Source: Candidatus Riflemargulisbacteria bacterium (GTDB lineage Bacteria; Margulisbacteria; Riflemargulisbacteria; GWF2-35-9; DYQY01). Taken from it: a stretch of 28,654 bases of DNA. Positions 1 through 8,453 of this stretch are shown here, piece by piece. Where the stretch lies: assembly GCA_037141875.1 (NCBI GenBank), contig JBAXBT010000001.1:1-28654 (forward strand). Direction: 5' to 3'. How positions within the stretch are numbered: position 1 is the first letter of the stretch; every line of letters starts with the position of its first letter. Under the pieces are notes generated by a model. The model had not been told where the DNA came from. It did no database searches and was given only the letters and a program-made list of their open reading frames with translations. The position numbers were made by a program, and so were the translations under genes.

Positions 1-1
1 T

Positions 2-1285
2 AGAAATATCTAGCTTTAATGTATTAAGATCAACTTCATCCAGTCGACTTGCAGCCTTTGCCAACAAATACTTGTTGTCTTCATAAATATACAGAACAGA
101 TCTTGAAAAGTTTAGTTCTTCAGTAAAAATAGAACAAATACGCTCCATAATTCTATCTAACTCAAATTCTGATGTCAGAGACTTAATAACATTATAAACT
201 GTTGAAAGTTCAATTAAATGTTCTTCTGATTTCTGATAACGTTTAGAATTATTTAGTGCAAGGACTATATTGTTAGCCAAACTAGAGGAAATACCAAGAT
301 CTCTTTTAGTAAAACAAACCTGAGTTATTGGCCTCATAGCTCTTAACTCGCCAATAATATTTAAATCATCGTCAAATAAGGGAACAGAAAGCATAGAGTA
401 AACACCCAAATCCTGCAAAAAAGGTTGTGGGAAAAAAACATTATCTTCATAATTTTTTACCAAAATTCCATCTGAAACATTGTTCGCTAGCTGTAAACAC
501 TCTCTAAACTTAGGTGTCTCTTCTATCCTAGCAAGTTGAAATTCCGTAAAACCAAACTCTTTCTTAATATTAAAAACAGCATCTACATCATCCCTTAATA
601 AAACTATTATTTTAGGTGCCTTCAAAATAATAGAAGCATTGCGAACAATTATGTCAAAAGTCTTATTAAAATCAAATAAAGAACTAATAACCTTACCAAC
701 TTCATATAAAGAAGAAATTTCTTTCTCTTTTGTAATAGCTTCTTCGTAACGCATTGCAAAATAAATTTTTTGAGAAAACTCAACGGCCATCTCCTTTAAA
801 AGGAATAAATCATCCATGGAAAATGGCTTTCCTACTTTTTTCCCAACACAAAGAATACCAATACATTCATTTTCTAAATAAAAAGGAACGGCTACTTCCG
901 TTTGTATCTCCTCCATTGAAGTTATTAAAAAATGCAAAAGAGTTAACTTTGTATCTTTTACTTCAGTTTTTCTCTTAAGCTTTTCATAAGCAACTTGTAA
1001 ACTCTTCAATATCAAGGGTTCTCTTTTATTAAAAAAATACTGAACAAATGCTTCGTTTTTAGAAAAAGAAAGAAATCTTTTCTTAAACTTGATGGATTCT
1101 TTTAATTCAAACTCTTCGGAATTATGGTTATATAAAAGGAATAAAACATTCTCAATATCAATGTTTCTTGAAACTGAGGTAATTAAATATAACAAAATCT
1201 GTCTAATATCAATTTGCCCCTCATAGCTGCGTGATATTTCTTGTACCTTACGTGCTAACAAAAGTTCATTTTTTTTCCTGATCAT
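2..1285 (-). CDS. Multi-GAF-domain signalling protein, N-terminal 428 codons; continues beyond window start
   Basis: Manual translation from ATG at 1285 (MIRKKNELLLARKVQEISRS...) is open to base 2. It has repeated GAF-like units (EVAVPFYLENECIGILCVGKKVGKPFSMDDLFLLKEMA; SMLSVPLFDDDLNIIGELRAMRPITQVCFTKRDLGISSSLANNIVLAL) with helical linkers (EKEISSLYEVGKVISS; ELSTVYNVIKSLTSEFELDRIMERIC). Confidence 0.8.
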   Translation of the reverse strand, partial: MIRKKNELLLARKVQEISRSYEGQIDIRQILLYLITSVSRNIDIENVLFLLYNHNSEEFELKESIKFKKRFLSFSKNEAFVQYFFNKREPLILKSLQVAYEKLKRKTEVKDTKLTLLHFLITSMEEIQTEVAVPFYLENECIGILCVGKKVGKPFSMDDLFLLKEMAVEFSQKIYFAMRYEEAITKEKEISSLYEVGKVISSLFDFNKTFDIIVRNASIILKAPKIIVLLRDDVDAVFNIKKEFGFTEFQLARIEETPKFRECLQLANNVSDGILVKNYEDNVFFPQPFLQDLGVYSMLSVPLFDDDLNIIGELRAMRPITQVCFTKRDLGISSSLANNIVLALNNSKRYQKSEEHLIELSTVYNVIKSLTSEFELDRIMERICSIFTEELNFSRSVLYIYEDNKYLLAKAASRLDEVDLNTLKLDIS

Positions 1286-1291
1286 GTTTCA

Positions 1292-1320
1292 ATTATACAA
1301 GAAATATCATAAATTGCTAA
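1292..1320 (-). promoter_or_regulatory. Sigma70-like promoter TTAGCA-N17-TATAAT, 6 nt upstream of the GAF gene ATG (leaderless-type)
   Basis: Motif and 17-nt spacer read directly; no Shine-Dalgarno possible in 6 nt. Confidence 0.55.
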
Positions 1321-1347
1321 TGGCGGAAAGCACTTACAGATGCAACC

Positions 1348-1376
1348 TTTAGAATAAAGAACAACTTTGATATAAT
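1348..1376 (+). promoter_or_regulatory. Sigma70-like promoter for ftsK (TTTAGA-N17-TATAAT, extended -10 TGaTATAAT)
   Basis: TGATATAAT at 1368-1376, 11 nt before ATG 1388. Confidence 0.55.
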
Positions 1377-1387
1377 AAAGACATAAA

Positions 1388-3628
1388 ATGAGTAAAAAAA
1401 AGAAATACATTAACGAAACCCAACCATCTTTTCCTGATCAATTTAGAAGAGAAATTATGGGAATCATTGTTTTAGCAATTGCTGGATTTCTGTTCTTTGG
1501 CAATAGGTATCTAGCCTCTACAGGTTTTATTGGAAAAATTGTTTTTGGAAACATACTCACTCTTTTTATAGGACAGGGGAAAATTCTATTACCTTTATTT
1601 ATTGGGTTCACGGGAATTCTTCTACTTTTTGGCAGGAAAATTATAAGAGAAAAAACAGTAGCACCTGGCATCACATATGCATTTGCCATTCACTTAATTG
1701 TATTAGAGCTTCAACAAGAAGCTGTAACAAACACCCTAATATTAAAACCATTCTTTAATCATCCTGGAGGAATACTTGGGTATATTATAACTTTTACCTT
1801 AAAAAACCTACTTGGACCAACAGGTATAAAAATAGTTGTTATCTCGTCTATTTTTATTTGTTTTCTATTAATATTTAAAGTAACTATCTTGGATATTCTG
1901 GTATTTATTAAAAATGTTGTCCTAAAAATTTATGAACTTATTATCTCTCATAAGGAAAAAGTTAATGCCGAAAAATCCGAAAGGATTGAAACTGAAATTA
2001 TTGAGCCGAAAAAAGAGAAGCCTAATCTCAATCTAAAAATTGAACCAGTTATATTTAAAGAAGAAAGAAAACCACAGAAAGCTACAACTACTGAACAACC
2101 CAAGGAACAAACAATTACTCAAAAAGAACTAAATGAAATAGTCAGAATTGAATCTGATAACGAAGATTTTCTACTGCCAGACCTTAACCTCCTAAGCACT
2201 CCAACAACCAACAAAGAACATCTTAAAAAAGTTGAATCTGATATCCAAGAAACTATTCAAAAACTTGAGGAAACACTAGAAAGCTTTAAAGTAAATGCTA
2301 AAGTAGTCAATACTAGCCAAGGCCCTAATGTTACTCGCTATGAAATACAACCTGGATTTGGAGTAAAAGTTAGCAGAATCGTGAACCTAGCAGACGATAT
2401 AGCTCTTAATCTTGCCGCCAAAGGAGTAAGAATAGAAGCACCTGTTCCAGGGAAATCAGTAATTGGAATCGAAATACCTAATAAAATAACAAGCATAGTA
2501 AATATGCTTCCTCTCGCTAAAGAAGAAAAATTTATTTACTCTAGCTCACCTCTACTTATTGCCTTAGGTAAAGATATAGAAGGATCAACCTCTTACTTAG
2601 ACCTAAGCAAAATGCCCCACCTCTTAGTAGCTGGTGCTACTGGTTCAGGCAAATCAGTATGTATTAACTCAATTTTAATAAGCCTACTATTACGTAACAC
2701 TCCTTCAACTGTTCGCTTTATTATGATAGATCCTAAAAGAGTAGAACTAAATTTATACGACGATATACCACATTTAATTGCACCAGTTGTAACTGACGCT
2801 AAAAAAGCTGCTGTTACGCTAAGATGGTGCGTTATAGAAATGGAAAGAAGATATGAAGAACTAGCCAAACTAGGTGTAAAAAACATCGAAGGCTTTAATC
2901 AAAGAGTTGAAGAACTAAGACTTGAGAGAGAAAAGCTTTCAATTGAAGAACAACAAGAATTCTACATCCCAAAAAAATATCCATATATTGTTATCGTATT
3001 AGATGAACTTGCAGACCTTATGATGGCTGCAGCCTCTGAGGTTGAGTCCAGCATTTCTAGAATTGCACAAATGGCAAGAGCAGTAGGATTACACTTAGTT
3101 ATCGCCACCCAAAGACCTTCTGTAGATGTAATAACGGGGCTAATTAAGGCTAACGTTCCTTCCCGCATATCATTCGCTGTATCTTCCCAAATCGATAGCC
3201 GCACCATCCTAGACTCAATGGGAGCTGAAAAATTATTAGGTAGAGGAGATATGTTGTATAAGCCGGTTGGAGCGATGAGACCAACTCGTATACAAGGAGT
3301 ATTTCTTTCTGATAAAGAAATTCACAATATTGTAGACTTTGTAAAAAGACAAGGACAACCTGAATACTTACAGGAAGTAGTAGACTTGCGTCCGGAGGAT
3401 TTAGAGTCACTGAAAAGAGGTCATAGCATATCAGAAGATGGCGACAGAGATGAGTTCTTTGAAGAAGCAAAGGACATTATTCTAACAACAAAAAAAACAT
3501 CAGTTTCTTTTATCCAAAGACGACTCAAAATTGGATACAACAGAGCAGCTAGAATTATGGAGGAAATGGTTGAGGCAGGAATTATTTCTGAAATGGATGA
3601 TAGTGGTAAAAGAGAAATACTTTATTAG
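1388..3628 (+). CDS. ftsK: DNA translocase FtsK/SpoIIIE
   Basis: N-terminal TM segments, MPHLLVAGATGSGKS Walker A, IDPKRVEL, VLDELADLMM Walker B, ATQRPSVDVITG, C-terminal gamma domain (QRRLKIGYNRAARIME). Confidence 0.97.
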   Translation: MSKKKKYINETQPSFPDQFRREIMGIIVLAIAGFLFFGNRYLASTGFIGKIVFGNILTLFIGQGKILLPLFIGFTGILLLFGRKIIREKTVAPGITYAFAIHLIVLELQQEAVTNTLILKPFFNHPGGILGYIITFTLKNLLGPTGIKIVVISSIFICFLLIFKVTILDILVFIKNVVLKIYELIISHKEKVNAEKSERIETEIIEPKKEKPNLNLKIEPVIFKEERKPQKATTTEQPKEQTITQKELNEIVRIESDNEDFLLPDLNLLSTPTTNKEHLKKVESDIQETIQKLEETLESFKVNAKVVNTSQGPNVTRYEIQPGFGVKVSRIVNLADDIALNLAAKGVRIEAPVPGKSVIGIEIPNKITSIVNMLPLAKEEKFIYSSSPLLIALGKDIEGSTSYLDLSKMPHLLVAGATGSGKSVCINSILISLLLRNTPSTVRFIMIDPKRVELNLYDDIPHLIAPVVTDAKKAAVTLRWCVIEMERRYEELAKLGVKNIEGFNQRVEELRLEREKLSIEEQQEFYIPKKYPYIVIVLDELADLMMAAASEVESSISRIAQMARAVGLHLVIATQRPSVDVITGLIKANVPSRISFAVSSQIDSRTILDSMGAEKLLGRGDMLYKPVGAMRPTRIQGVFLSDKEIHNIVDFVKRQGQPEYLQEVVDLRPEDLESLKRGHSISEDGDRDEFFEEAKDIILTTKKTSVSFIQRRLKIGYNRAARIMEEMVEAGIISEMDDSGKREILY

Positions 3629-3652
3629 CTAATAGCTTCTAACTGCTATTAG
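3629..3652 (+). terminator. Hairpin immediately after ftsK stop (possible terminator/stabiliser)
   Basis: CTAATAGC-8 nt-GCTATTAG perfect 8-bp stem; lacks a clear U tract. Confidence 0.4.
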
Positions 3653-3700
3653 TAATTAACTAAAAAACAAAATTAAATAATTTAATACTACATACTCAAG

Positions 3701-3724
3701 GTCATTCCCGCCTGCGCGGGAATC
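3701..3724. repeat. REP-like palindrome GTCATTCCCGC-CT-GCGCGGGAATC (ATTCCC-N8-GGGAAT type)
   Basis: GC-rich palindrome in AT-rich context; matches the ATTCCC-N8-GGGAAT consensus known from Neisseria dRS3 and similar GTCATTCCCGC repeats. Confidence 0.7.
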
Positions 3725-3785
3725 TATTTATTTAATTAGTGAAACTAACATGGCTTATTAAAAAGTGAACTTTTTAATTCCTTCC

Positions 3786-3845
3786 AATAAGGGGTTCCTC
3801 ACCCCTTATTAATCCCCTCGTCCCCTCGTAAAACTCGAAGATTAT
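3786..3845 (+). repeat. Left copy of ~55-bp hairpin-containing element, inverted relative to 4250-4302
   Basis: AATAAGGGG-7-CCCCTTATT hairpin followed by AATCCCCTCGTCCCC; 3804-3824 is 19/21 complementary to 4265-4285. Confidence 0.7.
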
Positions 3846-3900
3846 AATTTGTGAAAATTCTCATCACCCTGTGATTTATAACTATTTTCAATAGTAAAAA

Positions 3901-4129
3901 CTCAACCTGCGGGAGCATTGCGAAATAATCTTCTTTTAAAGTAGTCTCGTTAAATGATTTCAAATTTTCTACAATTATATATCTTCTCAGACATTACTCG
4001 GGGACAGTTTTATTTTTAAAATATAAGTCCCGAAGCATTTTGAACGAATATAAAATCGCAGATATTTCGATGTCATTTATCGGTACTAAATAAGAAAAAC
4101 ATAACAAGGCAATGCTCCTGCAGATTGAG
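3901..4129. repeat. 229-bp segment bounded by 21-bp imperfect inverted repeats (MITE/REPIN-like)
   Basis: CTCAACCTGCGGGAGCATTGC (3901-3921) versus GCAATGCTCCTGCAGATTGAG (4109-4129), 19/21 complementary; AT-rich interior with no credible ORF. Confidence 0.65.
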
Positions 4130-4140
4130 CACTATATTAT

Positions 4141-4245
4141 GAAGATGGCAGTAGCTCACGAGGTGACAAGAAATATCCCAGATTTTATTGAGGTGAGTTT
4201 GCGGAATAGTCCACTTAGCGACAAAGGAGCTTAGTGGCTATCTTC
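4141..4245 (+). ncRNA. Candidate structured RNA or palindromic element (three-way junction), family unknown
   Basis: GAAGATGGC/GCTATCTTC closing stem, AGCTCAC/GTGAGTT and CCACTTAGC/GCTTAGTGG inner stems; G-U wobbles favour the + strand. Confidence 0.35.
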
Positions 4246-4249
4246 GATA

Positions 4250-4302
4250 GTAATCTCGAGAGTAGGGACTAGCGGATTAATAAGGCCGGCAGTGAGGCCT
4301 TA
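4250..4302 (-). repeat. Right (inverted) copy of the 3786-3845 element
   Basis: Reverse complement TAAGGCC-8-GGCCTTA-TTAATCCGCTAGTCCC...CTCGAGATTA aligns with the left copy. Confidence 0.7.
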
Positions 4303-4316
4303 ACAAATCTATATAA

Positions 4317-4357
4317 GCCCCCGTTATCAAAGGGTGATGTCCGTTAGGACAGGGGGA
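4317..4357 (-). repeat. GC-rich REP-like branched hairpin directly after the LCP stop; may act as terminator
   Basis: Minus strand TCCCCCT-GTCC-TAAC-GGAC-ATCACCCTTTGATAAC-GGGGG: outer C5/G5 stem with internal GTCC/GGAC hairpin. Confidence 0.55.
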
Positions 4358-5722
4358 TTATTTTTTAACTCCTGTTAGCTTTTCCCAATCCTTACCAAGA
4401 ACTAAACACATATCAATAGTTTTACCAGGCTTTGAATAAATAATTATATTTGCAGGATTAATATTCATTGCCTTTGCAAGCTTTAACGATTCGTTAGTTT
4501 TGCCTTTCCAATCTACTAATACAGTATTCTCATATTTGAAATGAGCGCCGTTCTCTATTCTTGAAACTTTTATACCTCTAACTTTAAGAATATCCGCAAC
4601 AATAGCTGCTGAACCAGTTATCCCATTTCCATTAAGAACCTCAACGCTAATTACTTTATTATTGTCAAAAATTATTCCCTTATCTGAAAGCTTTTCTTCT
4701 TCAGGTGAAAATTTCTTCATTTCAACTAAAGTAAGCATCTTTGGCTTACCAAAATTAGTATTAGCCAACTTAATATTAGTAGTAGCTTCTTTATTTGCTA
4801 TCTTCATCAAATTAAAACCATGAAGTGTATCATCAATCATTTTATTAGCACTAACCATATCAACATTCCAATAGCTTACTGAATCAATAAACACAGCCTC
4901 TCCAGGAAGAGTTTTCACTTTGAGTGCTCCTCGTTCCAAGCTATCTTTAAACTCTACGGATAAACCCAATATCTGAGCCACTGATAAATTGGTATCTACG
5001 TACTTATCCTTATCACTTATCAGCTTAGGCAATTTCATTAAATTCTGAGGTAAAAGCATTTTACTTATTACAGCCTTAATAAATTTTTGTTGTCTATCTA
5101 TCCTTGTAATATCTCCCTGTACATCGTGCCTATATCTTAAAAAAGAAGTTGCTGTTTTGCCATTCATTAATTGTTTGCCAGGCTTTAAATCAATATATAA
5201 ATCTCCAGCTTTATCTACATAATACATGCGCTTGTCTACATCAACTTCTACACCACCAATATCATCTATTAACCCTTTAACTCCATCCAAATTAAGCACA
5301 ACATAATATCTTATTGGTATTTGCAAAAAATCTGACAATGTTTCCCTCGCTAACTCAACTCCACCATAAGCATAAGCATGATTAATCTTTTGCATACCTT
5401 TACCTTTTATGTTGACCCTAGAGTCACGAGGAATCGATAATAAACCTATCTTTTTTGTTACCCTATTAACATTCACAACCATGATAGTATCAGATCGACT
5501 ATTACCACGAAAGGTATCAACACCAAGCACTAAAATGTTGTCTGCTGGACTAACTTTTGTTTGTGGAAGTACATGAAGTAAAAAATTAACAAAATTCCAT
5601 TGACTAACCAATAACCCAAAATAAAAACCTACAATTAAAGTTGCAATAAAAGATCCTATATATAAGGCAATAATCTTTCCATTAAAACCCTTATCCTTTG
5701 AAACAATCTTGTTATTAGACAT
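4358..5722 (-). CDS. LCP (LytR-CpsA-Psr) family cell-envelope glycopolymer transferase with C-terminal LytR_C domain
   Basis: Single N-terminal TM, NILVLGVD, RSDTIMVV, LLSIPRDSRV, KINHAYAYGG, FLRYRHD..GDITRIDRQQ, VEVLNGNG. Start taken at ATG 5722, which overlaps the ileS stop by 8 bp, rather than 5755. Confidence 0.92.
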   Translation of the reverse strand: MSNNKIVSKDKGFNGKIIALYIGSFIATLIVGFYFGLLVSQWNFVNFLLHVLPQTKVSPADNILVLGVDTFRGNSRSDTIMVVNVNRVTKKIGLLSIPRDSRVNIKGKGMQKINHAYAYGGVELARETLSDFLQIPIRYYVVLNLDGVKGLIDDIGGVEVDVDKRMYYVDKAGDLYIDLKPGKQLMNGKTATSFLRYRHDVQGDITRIDRQQKFIKAVISKMLLPQNLMKLPKLISDKDKYVDTNLSVAQILGLSVEFKDSLERGALKVKTLPGEAVFIDSVSYWNVDMVSANKMIDDTLHGFNLMKIANKEATTNIKLANTNFGKPKMLTLVEMKKFSPEEEKLSDKGIIFDNNKVISVEVLNGNGITGSAAIVADILKVRGIKVSRIENGAHFKYENTVLVDWKGKTNESLKLAKAMNINPANIIIYSKPGKTIDMCLVLGKDWEKLTGVKK

Positions 5723-8453
5723 GTACAACTTTATTACACCTTGGACAAAGCCCATCTTTGCTTAATTTTGCAAACTTCCAACAACGCTCACATTTCTCAC
5801 CATCAGCACCAAAAACTTCTACCCTATCATCACCTTTAGCGAATTTAACAACCTCAACTTGGCTTAAAACCATAATATCCATAATATCTTTTGGTTCAAT
5901 GTCTTTTGCTGTATAAAGAACAACCTTTGCATCCAATGAACTACCTATCACTTTATCTTTTCTAGCCTTCTCAAGTTCGATATTAATTAAAGAACGAACT
6001 CCTCGTGAAATCATTTCTCTTATCTTCATAACCTCAGCATCACTAGTTTCTGAAACTGGCGCACCGTTAGGGAGTATTTCTAAAAGAACTGACTTCTTCT
6101 TATCTTTATTAGGCAGGTACTGATAAATATCCTCCATAGAAAAACTTAGAATAGGCGCTAACATTTTAACCATATCCGAAGACATCAAATACATAGCAGT
6201 CTGCGCCGACCTTCTTTCCTTAGATAATGCAGAATTACAATACAAATTATCCTTCTGAATATCTAAATAAAATGCACTTAATTGACCTACACAAAACTCA
6301 TAGATTTTACGATAAATCTGATGAAAAAAATAAGTGTTATAACAATTATCAGTCTCAAAAATTACACCTTTAAGTTCTAATACAATATACTTATCAATAG
6401 GCAATAATTCTTGCTCAGACAAAGCGTCTTTTGCAGGATCGAAATCATAAAGATTACTTATCATAAACCTTAAAGTATTTCTAATCTTAGAGAACGCATC
6501 CTTTATCTGACCAATAATATTCTCAGATAAAGCAACATCATTTCTAAAATCTGTTGAGCTTACCCATAGTCTAAGTATATCTACCCCGTGTTGTCCGACC
6601 ACCTTTAATGGGTCTATCACGTTACCCTTTGATTTGCTCATCTTCTGCCCTTTTTCATCTATTGTGAATCCATGCGTCAATACTTGTTTATACGGAGCTG
6701 TTCCATATGCAGCAACAGACGTCAAAAGCGAAGACTGAAACCATCCGCGATGTTGATCACTGCCCTCTAAATAAAGGTCAGCAGGATAAGACAACTCACC
6801 CCTAGTCCTAAGTACTGCTTCATGAGAAGCCCCTGACTCTAGCCATACATCCATAATATTTATATCTTTGTAGAAAGTTTGATGTCCACATTTAGTACAT
6901 TTTGCTGCCTTAGGAAGAATTTCATTTGCTGATTTTGTAAACCAAGCATTTGTGCCTTCTTTGCCAACAAGCTCAGCTACTGACTGATTAAAAACACCAT
7001 TATAATGAGGCTCATCACATTTTTCACAGTAAAAAACAGGTATTGGTATGCCCCAACTCCTTTGACGAGAAATACACCAATCTGGCCTTCCTTCGACCAT
7101 ACCTCTAATACGTTTCTCTCCCCAAGACGGTATCCACCCATTATTTTTATTAATTTCTGCTATTTGCTTTAAAGCCTTCCCTCGCAGATTATAATCTCCA
7201 TCCATTTTAACAAACCATTGCTCAGTTGCCCTAAAAATTACTGGGCTTTGACATCTCCAACAATGAGGATAAGAATGCTTAATCCATTGCATCTTCAGTA
7301 ACTTACCAGATGCTTCCATGTCTTCTACTATCACTTTATTAGCATCAAATACTTTCATTCCCTGATACTTGCCTGCTTCTTCTGTAAAAATTCCTTTCTC
7401 ATCAACAGGCATTACTACTGGAAGATTATATTTGATACCTGCTACATAGTCATCATAACCATGACCTGGAGCAATATGAACAAGACCTGAACCGTCTTCA
7501 TTTGACACAAAGTCAGCAGAAATAACAGGAGAAATTCTATCCATAAATGGGTGTGAATATTTAAGTCCAACAAGCTTATCTCCAGTAATCTTTAAGATTA
7601 TGGTTACGTTGTCCCAATCCATTACCTCTTTTATCTTTTCTAATAATTCCTCTACACAAATATATTTTTCACCATTTACTTCAAATAAAACATATTCAAA
7701 AGTTGTGCTTACCGCTACGCCAACGTTTGCAGGTAAAGTCCAAGGAGTAGTAGTCCAAACTATTAAGGAAACTCCTTTATGACCGTTAAGTTCTTTTTCT
7801 AAAGTAAACTTAACATAGATTGAAGGAGATCTGTCATCAGCATATTCTATCTCAGCTTCTGCTAAAGCTGTTGTACATTCCATACACCAATGAATAGGCT
7901 TACGCCCTTGATAAATAACACCTTTTTCTGCCATTTTTCCGAAAAGCTCTATAACACCACGTTCATACTCTGGCGTTAAGGTCAAATAAGGATGATCAAA
8001 GTCCCCGAAAACTCCCATTTTACGAAATTGACCCTTCTGAAGCTCAACATATCTAAGAGCATATTCCTTACATTGGTTTCTAAAATCATTGATCTCCTCA
8101 GGTTTAATCTCCTTTTTTTTAAGTTCTTTTAAAAGTTGGATTTCTATTGGTAGCCCATGACAATCCCATCCTGGAATAAATGGAGTATAATCACCCTTCA
8201 TTAAATGATATTTAACTACAATATCTTTAAGTATTTTATTCAAAGCATGCCCTAAATGGATATTTCCATTCGGATAAGGAGGTCCATCATGAAGAATAAA
8301 AGGAGTATTGTTTTTATTATCTTCCAATCTTTTTTTATAGATATCATTCTGTTCCCACAAATGCAAAATATCGTTTTCAATATTTATAAGTCCTGCTTTC
8401 ATTGGCATCTCAGTATGAGGTAAATTTAATGTATCTTTAAAAGTTTTCTCCAT
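5715..8453 (-). CDS. ileS: Isoleucyl-tRNA synthetase, type 1
   Basis: LHDGPPYPNG.IHLGH, GWDCHGLPIE, WTTTPWTLP, DWCISRQRSWG, EGSDQHRGWF, KMSKS, C-terminal CERCW...CPRC zinc finger; SD AAGGAG. Confidence 0.98.
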   Translation of the reverse strand: MEKTFKDTLNLPHTEMPMKAGLINIENDILHLWEQNDIYKKRLEDNKNNTPFILHDGPPYPNGNIHLGHALNKILKDIVVKYHLMKGDYTPFIPGWDCHGLPIEIQLLKELKKKEIKPEEINDFRNQCKEYALRYVELQKGQFRKMGVFGDFDHPYLTLTPEYERGVIELFGKMAEKGVIYQGRKPIHWCMECTTALAEAEIEYADDRSPSIYVKFTLEKELNGHKGVSLIVWTTTPWTLPANVGVAVSTTFEYVLFEVNGEKYICVEELLEKIKEVMDWDNVTIILKITGDKLVGLKYSHPFMDRISPVISADFVSNEDGSGLVHIAPGHGYDDYVAGIKYNLPVVMPVDEKGIFTEEAGKYQGMKVFDANKVIVEDMEASGKLLKMQWIKHSYPHCWRCQSPVIFRATEQWFVKMDGDYNLRGKALKQIAEINKNNGWIPSWGEKRIRGMVEGRPDWCISRQRSWGIPIPVFYCEKCDEPHYNGVFNQSVAELVGKEGTNAWFTKSANEILPKAAKCTKCGHQTFYKDINIMDVWLESGASHEAVLRTRGELSYPADLYLEGSDQHRGWFQSSLLTSVAAYGTAPYKQVLTHGFTIDEKGQKMSKSKGNVIDPLKVVGQHGVDILRLWVSSTDFRNDVALSENIIGQIKDAFSKIRNTLRFMISNLYDFDPAKDALSEQELLPIDKYIVLELKGVIFETDNCYNTYFFHQIYRKIYEFCVGQLSAFYLDIQKDNLYCNSALSKERRSAQTAMYLMSSDMVKMLAPILSFSMEDIYQYLPNKDKKKSVLLEILPNGAPVSETSDAEVMKIREMISRGVRSLINIELEKARKDKVIGSSLDAKVVLYTAKDIEPKDIMDIMVLSQVEVVKFAKGDDRVEVFGADGEKCERCWKFAKLSKDGLCPRCNKVVHV

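Noticed and set aside
3790-4130. Degenerate minus-strand reading frame with one internal stop (ICRSIALL...VPE*CLRRY...)
   Set aside because: No start or SD, no recognisable motif; expected by chance in AT-rich DNA.
4296-4350. Integron attC site (GCCTTAAC ... GTTAGGAC)
   Set aside because: Ends deviate from RYYYAAC/GTTRRRY, the L boxes do not pair, and there is no cassette ORF or integrase.
3629-4357. tmRNA, RNase P, SRP RNA, tRNA, group I/II intron, known riboswitch or CRISPR array
   Set aside because: None of the diagnostic sequences found on either strand by eye; repeats are inverted pairs, not regularly spaced direct repeats. An Rfam scan is still needed to exclude 6S RNA.
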